In this document: piece by piece, positions 54,693 to 63,546 of the stretch
Layout of the letters: every line of letters begins with the position of its first letter
Position numbering within the stretch: the stretch's first letter is position 1
Position numbers and translations under genes: made by a program
The notes under the pieces: model-generated
Databases searched by the model: none
What the model saw: the letters and a program-made list of their open reading frames with translations, nothing else
Told to the model about the DNA's origin: nothing
Origin: Lepidodermella squamata
Lineage: Eukaryota > Animalia > Gastrotricha
Assembly (NCBI GenBank): GCA_047495785.1
Contig: JBLDXI010000042.1
Location: 1,922,001 to 1,986,000, forward strand
Direction of reading: 5' to 3'
DNA length: 64,000 nt

Positions 54693-56095
54693 AGCCCCTT
54701 TTACACTACACCATTCGAATGGTAAATGATGGTAATTGATGGTAATTACAAATGATTGTGTGACAACAGATGGTGAGTGTGTAACACAGCAAAATAAAGA
54801 ATTTCCTCCTTTTTTCGATTTTTAACATATTCGTTTTTTCATAGCGTTTATTCGAGTTCACGGTATGGCCTTCGAAATATTATGGCCTCTGACCTCGGAT
54901 TACTTCAAAAATTGAGGGAAATACAACCAAAAATCCTGAAACGGAAAATTTATTTTCCTAGGCCATGTTCAGAAATGAAAACTGAAATAATTTAGCGCAT
55001 TAATCAACTTTAACGGAACCGATATATGGAACTTCCTTATTTTCCGATCAAGGTTCGAACCACGACAATTGCTGCATTTTTTACCCTTCGTTGAAGAAAC
55101 TGAAAAATAACTGCCATTCCCCTTATTTAGAAAATTGATGCCTATCCAATTTGTTTAATATGATTTGTTTCTGATTATCAGAAAAATGACATTTATAATC
55201 AGGCTAAAAATCAGACAATTTTCAAAAACATTTTGATGAGTCCCTTTGATATGGATTACCGAAATTGCGACGATTTCTCGACTTTCTAAAATTATCGTTA
55301 AAAACCATAAATTCGAAGTTTGAAATTATTTCTTGATGCGCCAAGAGAATCGGTAACCTCGGGCGATTTTTAAGCGAGCAATTAATAACCTGATTATCTT
55401 TTAGCGGAGCCAAATTTGTCAGTTGCGGAACCAAAATTGGCTGTAGCGGACCCATATTTCTAGACTTGGAAATTTTTCTAGTTTTATATAAGTTTTTTGA
55501 TTTTTTGAAATTGATCTGGAAATTTCAGAAAATTCGGAAAATGCATTCTAGGCGAATTTCACTCAAAATTAGTTTCCGTTTCCGGCCAAATTAGTTCCGC
55601 AATAGGCATTTTCGTTCCGCTAAAAGTGTAAGACCAATTAATAATTTTACAGCAATCTTGTGTGGAAAAGCTGTCGAGAAATACCTAGAAAAATAATTAA
55701 AATACCAAAAATTGGCATCTCGACAATTTCCCAACGCGGAGGAGCCGCGAGTTTAAGGTGATGAAGCAAGGAAATTTGGTCCAACAAATTTAGAGAAACG
55801 CTTCGCGGAATCGCGGAAAATTCGCGGAATTTACACGATAATTTTTTCATTAAATTCGGCTAGGCACCGAATAAAGCTCAGGCATCCTATCCGTTCAGAC
55901 GGAAAATTAATCACGTTGTAAATGAGTCGCAGAAATACCCACGTAAACTGGTTTTAATTATTCTTAGTTCTCTCAAAATCACGATAAAAGCGTGAAAATA
56001 AGCAAAAACAACCTAATCCTTGTTATTCAACAAAAAAGTAATTACCATCAATTACCATCATTTACCATTCGCATAGTAGTAGTGTAAAAGGGGCT
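54693..56095. mobile_element. PIF/Harbinger-like MITE (1.4 kb)
   Basis: TIR AGCCCCTTTTACACTAC...CGAATGGTAAATGATGGTAATTGATGGTAATTAC (~55 bp, imperfect). 3-bp ACT duplication at 54690-54692 and 56096-56098. Confidence 0.8.
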
Positions 56096-56560
56096 ACTAC
56101 ACCATTCGAATGGTAAATGATGGTAATTACTCCATTGTTAAATAACAGTGATCAGCTTGATTTCATTTTATATTAACGTTTTTTATCGCTGCTATGAGAG
56201 AACTAAATAGGAATAAAAACTTTTTGATTTTTTGTGACTAATTTCAACAGCATGCCCATTTTCCCGTGAAACTGTATATGATTCCTGGGCTTTATATTCA
56301 GCACCCAAACAACAATTTCTCGCCTTTGCATGATTAAACACATCGAACAACAGCCGCTAAGTTTTTTTGAAATGTTTTTGCGAAATTATTTTGGTAAAAT
56401 TATTTGTAAAACCCTTGCTTCGTTGGCCCAGCTTCATTAGCCGTGATCTCGAGGAATTTCGCGTCAGAAAATTGTCACTTTTGAATATTTCTCAAGGTGT
56501 TTATTGCAGTAAAATTTGCCTTAAAATTCTACATGAGTAATACGTTTAGTCGCCTGTTGC
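56096..56560. mobile_element. Remnant of an older related MITE whose TIR begins at 54678 and is split by the element above
   Basis: AGCCCCTTTTAA (54678) plus ACTACACCATTCGAATGGTAAATGATGG (56096) rebuilds the TIR. The following sequence is a diverged reverse complement of ~55620-56040. Right boundary approximate. Confidence 0.65.
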
Positions 56561-57772
56561 GGAGCCAAATTTCTGGTAAACGTATTCATAAATATATTCA
56601 TAATTCATCTTTTGAATTTGTAAAAACTTGTTAGGTTATAGGGCGCCCCGAAATGTAAAGATTTCAAACTCGATTTCAATGGGTTGTAGTATTTGTAAAA
56701 AAAACGTGCGCACCATATTTTGCGAATTCTATTGTTTCTATCTACCGGGAGGAGAATTGTATAGATCACAAGCCGGCCAACGATGTTACCGCAAAAATCA
56801 TGCAATTAAGATACCGCAAAATTTGACCTGCAAACACGCGGTAGTATTACCACTTTGGAAAATTCTGCAAAATCATCCTTGCAGTGGCTTTTTAACAGTG
56901 CCCATAAAAATCACACACACACACACCCCCACTGTTTTTCAGAAATTTTCAATCATCAACGATGCCAATGTCAAGACTGAAGGGCGGGATATGGTATTCT
57001 GGCAACTGGCTAGCTCTCAAATCGCATCGAACTGCGGCGATGGAACGCCGATGTTTCTGTCTGCTGGTGTGATTCAGCGAGTCAATGTTTCTGGTGGTCC
57101 TTTGGTGACCGATTACACGATTCGATGGCGAATTCGACGCGCGCGTTGCAGAACTAATATTTCAGCCTTGGACATTGTGCATAAATTTGTGATTGCTGAA
57201 TAATAGAATTTTGATTCCAGGATTTTCAACAACAACTCTCTGTTTTGTGGTAAATCATTTGACAGCAATTTTGATTCTCAAGAATTCTGATTATTTCTTC
57301 TGAATATTACCGTAAGGCGGTCTTACTTCGGACAAAAACGTGTTTTTGGGGCTTAGTTTTACGAGGTGAAGGAAAGCAGATAGGAATTGCCGGAGCTAGG
57401 CCACTTGACGGCTTACGCCCTTTTTGGCAATTCGAGCCTGACCATGGAAATTGGCAAAACATTTCAAGGACGTTTTGAATAAATATTTAATGAGTTTGAA
57501 ATTGCTGGAAAGATGAGTTATGACAATTGCGCGTCCGCGAATGAGGACAAAAATTCAGCGTAAGGGGGGAGTAATAGATGCGAAAAAATGGGAAGACGTG
57601 AGCACACCTTACAAAAGAAATTAAGTTTTCCTTTTATTTTAATCAATTTTCTTCTAAGTCTGTGCATATGCAAATGAGCTGAATAGAAGAAATACAGAGG
57701 CATGATTCGCTTCATAAATGGTTTAGAATGAAAATAGTGTCATAATCACAGTGATCACTGTGGCCTTAGTTT

Positions 57773-58337
57773 TTATACCCGTGGACTTTGGGACTTTGGG
57801 GTAGACGACGACCAACTTGTCGACCAACCGGAGCGGGACCACGTGGAAGACGCCCATGCAGTCCATTGACTCTGCAATTTTGCATCGCTCCAAGCGAGCC
57901 AAGAAGGTGTGTAGGAGTTCGAAGCCGTAATTCTGGTATCTAACAGCGTTGTTGTAGGGTTACAAAAGTCGTTGCTATTTGAACACCCTGCGGAACAACA
58001 GACACAGAATAAAGCCCATCCAGGGTCATCATAATTTATCTCTTCTGTAACCACAGGATATTTAGTCCGACTTTCTATACATGTTGGTACATAGGTGGCT
58101 AGGATGCAATTGTAGGCAAATTTTATTTCGGAGCCTTTCGAAGGTCGTGAGATGGTTACAGAAACCTGCAAGCTTGACATTTAGAAGAAAGCTCTTTAAT
58201 GAATATGCTATTCTTACAGCGCATTGACCACATCCTCCAACTGTCGTAGCATCTGTAGTCGAACCGTTCAGGCAACTGAAACCAGAGCTTGTACTTACTA
58301 ACTGTACAAGAACTACCAGTAAGATTATGCAGTACAT
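57773..58337 (-). CDS. Secreted cysteine-rich protein, ~170 aa, 2 exons (58337..58218, 58165..57773); Ly6/three-finger-like Cys pattern with a Ser/Trp-rich tail
   Basis: Hydrophobic signal peptide MYCIILLVVLVQLVSTSSG. A 52-bp phase-0 intron at 58166..58217 (GTAAG...TTGCAG) joins the two ORFs in frame. Cys pattern FSCLNG...CGQCA...C...C...CVCCSAGCSNSNDFCN. Confidence 0.75.
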
Positions 58338-58628
58338 AATTTCAGTAATATATTTTCACAGCGAAATATTGTTCAAATAGCAAAATGAGCACGGAATGAG
58401 AAAGCAACTTCTGTACTGAGAATCCTGTAGCCAATAGCAACACCATTAGCTACCCTATTCAACTTGTTCAACGGGTGAAAAGAATTGATAAGTACGAGCG
58501 GGGTACACTGGAGTGAAAGTTCCCGGGAAAGCAAGCGAGTGAATGAATGTTCACCTCTCATCTCTCATTAACAAAATATGAAAAAACATATCATCAATAC
58601 ATTTAGACCTATTGAGCTCGCCTGCAGT

Positions 58629-59246
58629 TTATTTTTTCCGCTCTAAACTATTTATTTTCTCCAAGAGTTCGCTGCGGAAATTGTTAGGGAAAGTTGACTG
58701 AAGCGACGTTTTGAGGTTGAATTTCATGTCAATATACTTCTCATGCTCCTTTATTATCAAATTATATTCAGTTTCAGTAATGTTTCCGTCCTCTAAAGCT
58801 TTCGCGATCATGTCACCCATTGAATTCAGCTTAGAAGACGCCAGAGTGCATATGCGTTCGTGCTTTTGTGCTTTATCTTCCAAGGCACTCGCAGTAGCAT
58901 TCACAACTACGCTAAGAACCCCTCCGCCGAGGGCAACTCCTTCTAGGATAACTGCGATAGGAATTCCGGCAACAGTAGTAAGGACACCAATTCCGCCGAT
59001 TCCTGTCAAGATTGATACGCCAGTTAAACCAATGTTTAATTTCGAACAGATTTTAGCCCATTTTTTATATTTTCTGTATAGTTTGTACCTCATTTCCATC
59101 TCTTTGTCCAAGAATTCTTTCAGGCGCCGCAGTTCTGAAAGCCTGAATTCTTGCACCGGCGAACTCGGAAATGATAAGCGTGGTGCGGTCGGATAAATAT
59201 GACTATTATCAGCTCGCACGTGAACTTGTGTATCACTGCTATTCAT
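58629..59246 (-). CDS. Polinton/adintovirus membrane-active protein (GasderminX-like): two Gly-rich hydrophobic helices flanked by coiled segments
   Basis: Pattern IYPTAP..FRL..L..E...R....KY / GLTGVSILTGIGGIGVLTTVAGIPIAVILEGVALGGGVLSVV / KHERI..LASSKL.....KALEDG.I...EY..I..E..KY. I recognise this from memory as the adintovirus 'GasderminX' family. Confidence 0.7.
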   Translation of the reverse strand: MNSSDTQVHVRADNSHIYPTAPRLSFPSSPVQEFRLSELRRLKEFLDKEMEMRYKLYRKYKKWAKICSKLNIGLTGVSILTGIGGIGVLTTVAGIPIAVILEGVALGGGVLSVVVNATASALEDKAQKHERICTLASSKLNSMGDMIAKALEDGNITETEYNLIIKEHEKYIDMKFNLKTSLQSTFPNNFRSELLEKINSLERKK

Positions 59247-59252
59247 CGTTTA

Positions 59253-59966
59253 TCAAAAATTAGATATTTTCAAGTAAAATTCAACAGTCATAGGTTTGCT
59301 GGAAGACATCAAAATGTTGAAAGTGTCACCTTTTTCAAACTGTTCTACGAAAGTACAGTATTCGGCTATATTCCGGATCGCGTCGTAATCGAATGAAAAA
59401 GATTTCGAAATTAGGACACTGCCATTTTTCATGAAATCACAAGTGCAGCCTGATGAAACGCTTCCCCAAATTCTAAACCAAAATTGCATATTAGCCAGGA
59501 TATTTTCGAGAAAAGACAATTCGTCATTAATTTGAACCAGCAAAGTGTGGGTTATAACCCTGGTTACCGCCATTTGCGTACGACCATCTACATGACTTTC
59601 GCCGAAGCCTGTAAATACCTGCCCGTCAACGTATTGCTTGTTGACTACGTCAAAAAGACCTACAGGGTATGCCACGTTTGTTATTCGACCGCCATTCATG
59701 TCGATGGTTCTGTCATCAGCATACTTCAAAGGCTTGTACGATTCGATCAGCTGCCTGGATTCATTTTCATTGAGAGTATTTTCTTCAACCCAAGATTTCG
59801 ATGTTGCGTCATTGTCGAAAACGGGGCGGCCGAGATTTTCAATTTTGAAATTATTTGCGTTTAAATTACTCATAAATGCTTTCTTCCCATCAGCGCGTAG
59901 ATATAAATCGGATCCATTCTGACCTCCCGACCATTCGCTAGGAATAAAAATTGAACTAGATTTCAT
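59253..59966 (-). CDS. Fibre/tail-fibre-like protein with two stalk repeats and a beta-rich C-terminal head
   Basis: Repeats LNANNFKIENLGRPVFDNDATSKSWVE and IDMNGGRITNVAYPVGLFDVVNKQYVD match the 'I.NL..P....DA.NK.YVD' motif of YadA-stalk/phage tail-fibre proteins. Confidence 0.7.
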   Translation of the reverse strand: MKSSSIFIPSEWSGGQNGSDLYLRADGKKAFMSNLNANNFKIENLGRPVFDNDATSKSWVEENTLNENESRQLIESYKPLKYADDRTIDMNGGRITNVAYPVGLFDVVNKQYVDGQVFTGFGESHVDGRTQMAVTRVITHTLLVQINDELSFLENILANMQFWFRIWGSVSSGCTCDFMKNGSVLISKSFSFDYDAIRNIAEYCTFVEQFEKGDTFNILMSSSKPMTVEFYLKISNF

Positions 59967-60444
59967 TTCAACTGAGTACTGATTAGATTTAATTTTTCAT
60001 GCCAACGTAAAATCGCATCCCTTGAACGGTTCAGAGTGATTTTATTCGCAACGTTTTCGTAACCGAGCTTCAGCGAAACGTACTTAAGCACAAATTCTAC
60101 GTTGACCATGTTTTTACCAGGAAATTTCATGGAATAGAGCTCATCTATTTTCTTAAAGTGGTCATGATGTTATCGAGCTCATACCATTTCAGAACTAGTC
60201 CCAATTTTCTGATTTTGGCCATTAGGTGCCATTTTCGCCTGTAAGGTAAAGAGCGCCTAACCCTTTGATAATAATCTGTAAAAGGATAAACGATAGCACA
60301 TTTAGGACAAAAATTGATGTAAAGATGGTGATCAATTAGCAAAAGTGATGAGCAGAGCTCACATTCTGTTTTCGAATGGCATTTCACACTCTTGTTTTCG
60401 ATTTCGGCTAGAAGAGAGAGGCAATATTCGAATTCTTCATCCAT
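59963..60444 (-). pseudogene. VLTF3-like (poxvirus/NCLDV late transcription factor 3-like) gene with a 1-bp frameshift
   Basis: Zinc ribbon CELC...CPKC followed by YRRKWHL. After a frameshift near 60163 the alternative frame reads DHFKKIDELYSMKFPGKNMVNVEFVLKYVSLKLG...LNLISTQLK*, and its stop overlaps the next ATG (ATGA). Confidence 0.6.
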
Positions 60445-60466
60445 AATCAGGAAAGCACTTATTACT

Positions 60467-60610
60467 TTAGGCTCTAAGTGCTTTCATAAATTGGCTCTTC
60501 TTAGAGCCGCAAATTTGACAATTGCTTACTATAATTACTCGCTTGTTTTCCGTAACTTTTCTTTGTTCGTTCAAATTTCCAGTGTGCTTCTTACACTTCA
60601 AACAGTACAT
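60467..60610 (-). CDS. 47-aa zinc-ribbon protein (DUF5679-like), absent from the ORF track
   Basis: MYCLKCKKHTGNLNEQRKVTENKRVIIVSNCQICGSKKSQFMKALRA*. It has a YCxKC...CxxCG pattern and fills the gap between the protease and the VLTF3-like gene. Confidence 0.8.
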   Translation of the reverse strand: MYCLKCKKHTGNLNEQRKVTENKRVIIVSNCQICGSKKSQFMKALRA

Positions 60611-60648
60611 ATTTTGCTAAAACATTAGATCTTTCAGCCTGTTATCAT

Positions 60649-61047
60649 TCATAATGGACGCATCATTCGTGAAATCGAGGAGAATTTCGCCAGCTCAGAC
60701 AAGAAGTAAACTACGTAGAAACCGCACGCCACACTTTTTGTGTGCTGAATTTCATGAGTGGAATACCAAATGTCGCGATTACTTCGCCTCTCTATGACTT
60801 CATTAGGGCAAACGAAGCCAAAGCTGTCGAAATAAATTATTTCCTTATCAGTTACCTGCATTCCTACCCAATGCGTTCCCCCTCCAAAGTCATCTAAGTT
60901 GATTACATAGTATCCATTCTTCAAATTTAGGGGCAAGAGATGCCTGGGGTAACATCCGTTGTACTTCTTCCCAACTCTCGAGTACATCATTTTGTTAATG
61001 TCCGAATTCGAAAGTGGGAAGAAACGCCCTAGTTTTTTGACTCCCAT
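60649..61047 (-). CDS. Adenain-like cysteine protease (Polinton PRO); C-terminus probably frameshifted
   Basis: VINLDD..GGTHWV, YFDSFG and Q...SVACGFY give the His/Asp/Gln/Cys catalytic set. A more plausible C-terminus (EILLDFTNDASIMNDNRLKDLMF*) lies in another frame ending near 60617. Confidence 0.92.
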   Translation of the reverse strand: MGVKKLGRFFPLSNSDINKMMYSRVGKKYNGCYPRHLLPLNLKNGYYVINLDDFGGGTHWVGMQVTDKEIIYFDSFGFVCPNEVIERRSNRDIWYSTHEIQHTKSVACGFYVVYFLSELAKFSSISRMMRPL

Positions 61048-61800
61048 GGTAAATACACTCCATTTCCCTTATTCGCCTTGAACAATGTAGGTAAAAATGT
61101 CCCTAGCAGGCTAGCAACTAGTGGGACTACAAATGAGCCACCCTTTTGCTCAATATCGCGATCAATCGAAAGTTTACTGCCCAGCAGGGTGCGAAGTACA
61201 GGGGTGCTGGGGTGTCGCGACACCCCAGCTCCGGGACTCCAACCAGAGGAAGGCAGGAAAAACCACAGGGGGGACCCTTTGGTTTCTTCGGCTGGGTCCT
61301 AGAAAACAAGAAGAAAACACCTCAGCTCCCGGATCCTACTTCGCACACTGCTGCCCAGCGGCAATAAATTCTTATTTTCTAACATGTCGACCATTTTGAC
61401 TAGTTCATTCAAATCCTGTTTTGGAACTGATAGTTGTACGGTGGTCTCGTTTACGCCCTTCCCCGCTAATTTGTTACCGATCGCGTTGGTTGCGCCGTTT
61501 ATCAGCCCTGATACAGCACTCAGGGCCAAAGGTGCAGCAATCGTTGCGGCTTTCGCATTGATTTTTCTTCAGTTGCGATAAACTAAGCTTCAATTGAATA
61601 CCGGTGTCGTTGGCTTTGTGCTTCTCTACTTTGTTTATTTGAGTTTGAGTAAGCATCAACTTTCGTAAATTGTCCTTCTGACTAATGACCTGTTTGCTGA
61701 ATTTCAGTGTTATTGACTTTTTGTTCTTTACCGCACCCTGGAGTTTCTCCAGCTGACCATCTGTCAGAGGCAACTCATATTCGAAATACTTGTGGCTCAT
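61029..61800 (-). pseudogene. Polinton virion core protein (adenain substrate), disrupted by a frameshift near 61560 and a MITE insertion
   Basis: Three ORF pieces (61474..61800, 61299..61529, 61029..61223) join into one protein: LTDGQLEKL...LMLTQTQINKVEK...LKLSLSQLKK / ...PLALSAVSGL...LAGKG...LLPLGS|KLSIDRDIEQKGGSF...KGNG. Removing the MITE and one TSD restores the frame. Confidence 0.8.
61185..61350. mobile_element. hAT-type MITE (166 bp) inserted in the Polinton core gene
   Basis: 14-bp TIR CAG(G/T)GTGCGAAGTA. Perfect 8-bp TSD CTGCCCAG at 61177-61184 and 61351-61358. Internal perfect 24-bp palindrome at 61206-61229. Confidence 0.93.
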
Positions 61801-61825
61801 TTATCGCTAGATTAGAAATTTTGCA

Positions 61826-63205
61826 TTAGACGCTGGTAAGACTGATGTCAACAGAGTCCTGCTTGTAGTTGAAGCATATCTCTTTTTCCCTCTCAATGAA
61901 CGAATAAATCACAAAAGGCTTATTCACCGCACCGACTGTCGCTTTGAATACTACAGAAACAGTGTTATCTGCTCGAGAATTGTAAATGGAAGTCGCATCC
62001 ACGTCATCCAAGCAAAAGCAAAGAATTCTGTACAAGTTGCAAAATTCCATGTACGAAATCTGACATCCTGTATTCAGACTTTCCCTATCGCTGTTCTGAT
62101 GCATATTCTGTTTTATGTAATTGTATAACCGGTGAGCTTTCAGCTTGGCAAAAGAAACATTGGATTCATTAAAAGCTTCTTTGTTATTAATCAAAAGGGA
62201 ATATGAAGTAACGTTCCACGTGTTATATATCTGCGTGAGTTTCTTCGGATATTCCTCGTCTGAGTAATCGGGGCAAAGAACAATATACACCCAATTGGGT
62301 TTCCTTATTTCAGTGCTGATTGTGTACTGAATATTCGTGGTATTTGCAGCAAACTGGCTGGACTGATATGGATCAATCGATATCCATTTATGAATTTTGG
62401 TGAATCCCTCGTTGAACTTTTTCATTATTGAAAGTTTCTGTTGGTTCATTAGTGTTACCTCCGGGATGTACATATTAGCCCGATTGAAATGATAGGTTAA
62501 TCCTTCAGGTGTACCTGTATCAGCCGCGGTAATCACATACACCAAAGGCCGATTATAGTTTGGCGTGAGAATGATTCTAAATCGAGACTTCGTGAAAATT
62601 CCATGATACGAATTAAAGAAGGGCAAATCTTTCAGATATAAAGTGACGGTGGCCTCAGTAGATTTCACATAGCTGCTTCGCGTTATCAAACCCTTGTTAG
62701 CTGCAGCTTTCGAAGCATCGAAAGTGTCAGCTGTCACATCAGCAATTAGCGTTGTGCTTCCCAAAGCCAACGGGCAGTCTTTCGAAAACAACACTTCTTC
62801 CCCTAAACTATTGGCGTAATCAGGGCTCCATTTCAAAAGGAAATTTATGTTCGCCCAGTGTTCGAGGAACCGCAGCTCTTCGATTTTGTGATCCGAATCC
62901 GATATTTGAACTTCAATATTGTCAAACAGGCTCAACACGTGATTCCGAATGGCATACTTGTCAGTATTCACGAACGCGGATCCATTCTTCCTTTTAATTT
63001 GCAATTGAAACTCCAAGTACCCTTCCCTGACCAATAAATAATTGTCCTTTAGGTTGTAGCTGGAAAATATTAATTTTGAGGGTTGTGAATTTTGATCTTG
63101 AGTGAAATTCTGTGCTGGCGTTTCCGTCCATGTCTTTTTCTCAAAGACTCGATCTTGAATTTCAGTAGTCTCGAAGAGGTTATTGACAATCTCTTGTTGA
63201 AGCAT
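61826..63205 (-). CDS. Major capsid protein (double jelly-roll, hexon-like), 459 aa, intact
   Basis: Size, beta-rich composition, an N-terminal 'EGYLEFQLQI...N.VLSLFDNIEVQI....IE' pattern and a C-terminal 'ISYMEF...YRILCFCL' pattern typical of Polinton MCPs. Located between the penton and protease genes. Confidence 0.85.
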   Translation of the reverse strand: MLQQEIVNNLFETTEIQDRVFEKKTWTETPAQNFTQDQNSQPSKLIFSSYNLKDNYLLVREGYLEFQLQIKRKNGSAFVNTDKYAIRNHVLSLFDNIEVQISDSDHKIEELRFLEHWANINFLLKWSPDYANSLGEEVLFSKDCPLALGSTTLIADVTADTFDASKAAANKGLITRSSYVKSTEATVTLYLKDLPFFNSYHGIFTKSRFRIILTPNYNRPLVYVITAADTGTPEGLTYHFNRANMYIPEVTLMNQQKLSIMKKFNEGFTKIHKWISIDPYQSSQFAANTTNIQYTISTEIRKPNWVYIVLCPDYSDEEYPKKLTQIYNTWNVTSYSLLINNKEAFNESNVSFAKLKAHRLYNYIKQNMHQNSDRESLNTGCQISYMEFCNLYRILCFCLDDVDATSIYNSRADNTVSVVFKATVGAVNKPFVIYSFIEREKEICFNYKQDSVDISLTSV

Positions 63206-63219
63206 AATTTACCAAAGGA

Positions 63220-63522
63220 TTAGATTTTTTTGAATCCAGAGCCCGAGTATGAATTTATATTATTTTTAATTTTGCGCTCGAGCTCCTCTATGGCTTTAAG
63301 ATTAGTTAATTGAGGGCTAGGCAGAACTTTTTCGGTCAATTTTGTAGCTACAAAGCTTCCCACTTTATCTCCCGCAGCTTCTGAACCAGATTTCATCGCT
63401 GCTTTGACAAAATTTTGGGCTGGTTCAGCTGATACTGCTATTATTTTGGATAAAATGTTTTTACCAACATCGACGAATCCCCGGCCAGAAATGTAAACGC
63501 GCTTTCTTTTTCGATTATTCAT
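63220..63522 (-). CDS. Small basic virion core protein with adenain-type cleavage motifs
   Basis: Basic N-terminus RKRKR, motifs ISGRGF and YSGSGF, and position between penton and MCP. Confidence 0.7.
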   Translation of the reverse strand: MNNRKRKRVYISGRGFVDVGKNILSKIIAVSAEPAQNFVKAAMKSGSEAAGDKVGSFVATKLTEKVLPSPQLTNLKAIEELERKIKNNINSYSGSGFKKI

Positions 63523-63546
63523 AATTCAGCAATAACTAGATGAGCA

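Noticed and set aside
56070-56095. TAGTAGTAGT as a Polinton terminus
   Set aside because: It is part of the Harbinger-like MITE TIR.
56628-57203. 191-aa plus-strand ORF
   Set aside because: Non-ATG start, runs through a CA microsatellite and has no recognisable motif.
58711-62997. Plus-strand ORFs over the viral module
   Set aside because: Antisense shadows of the minus-strand viral genes.
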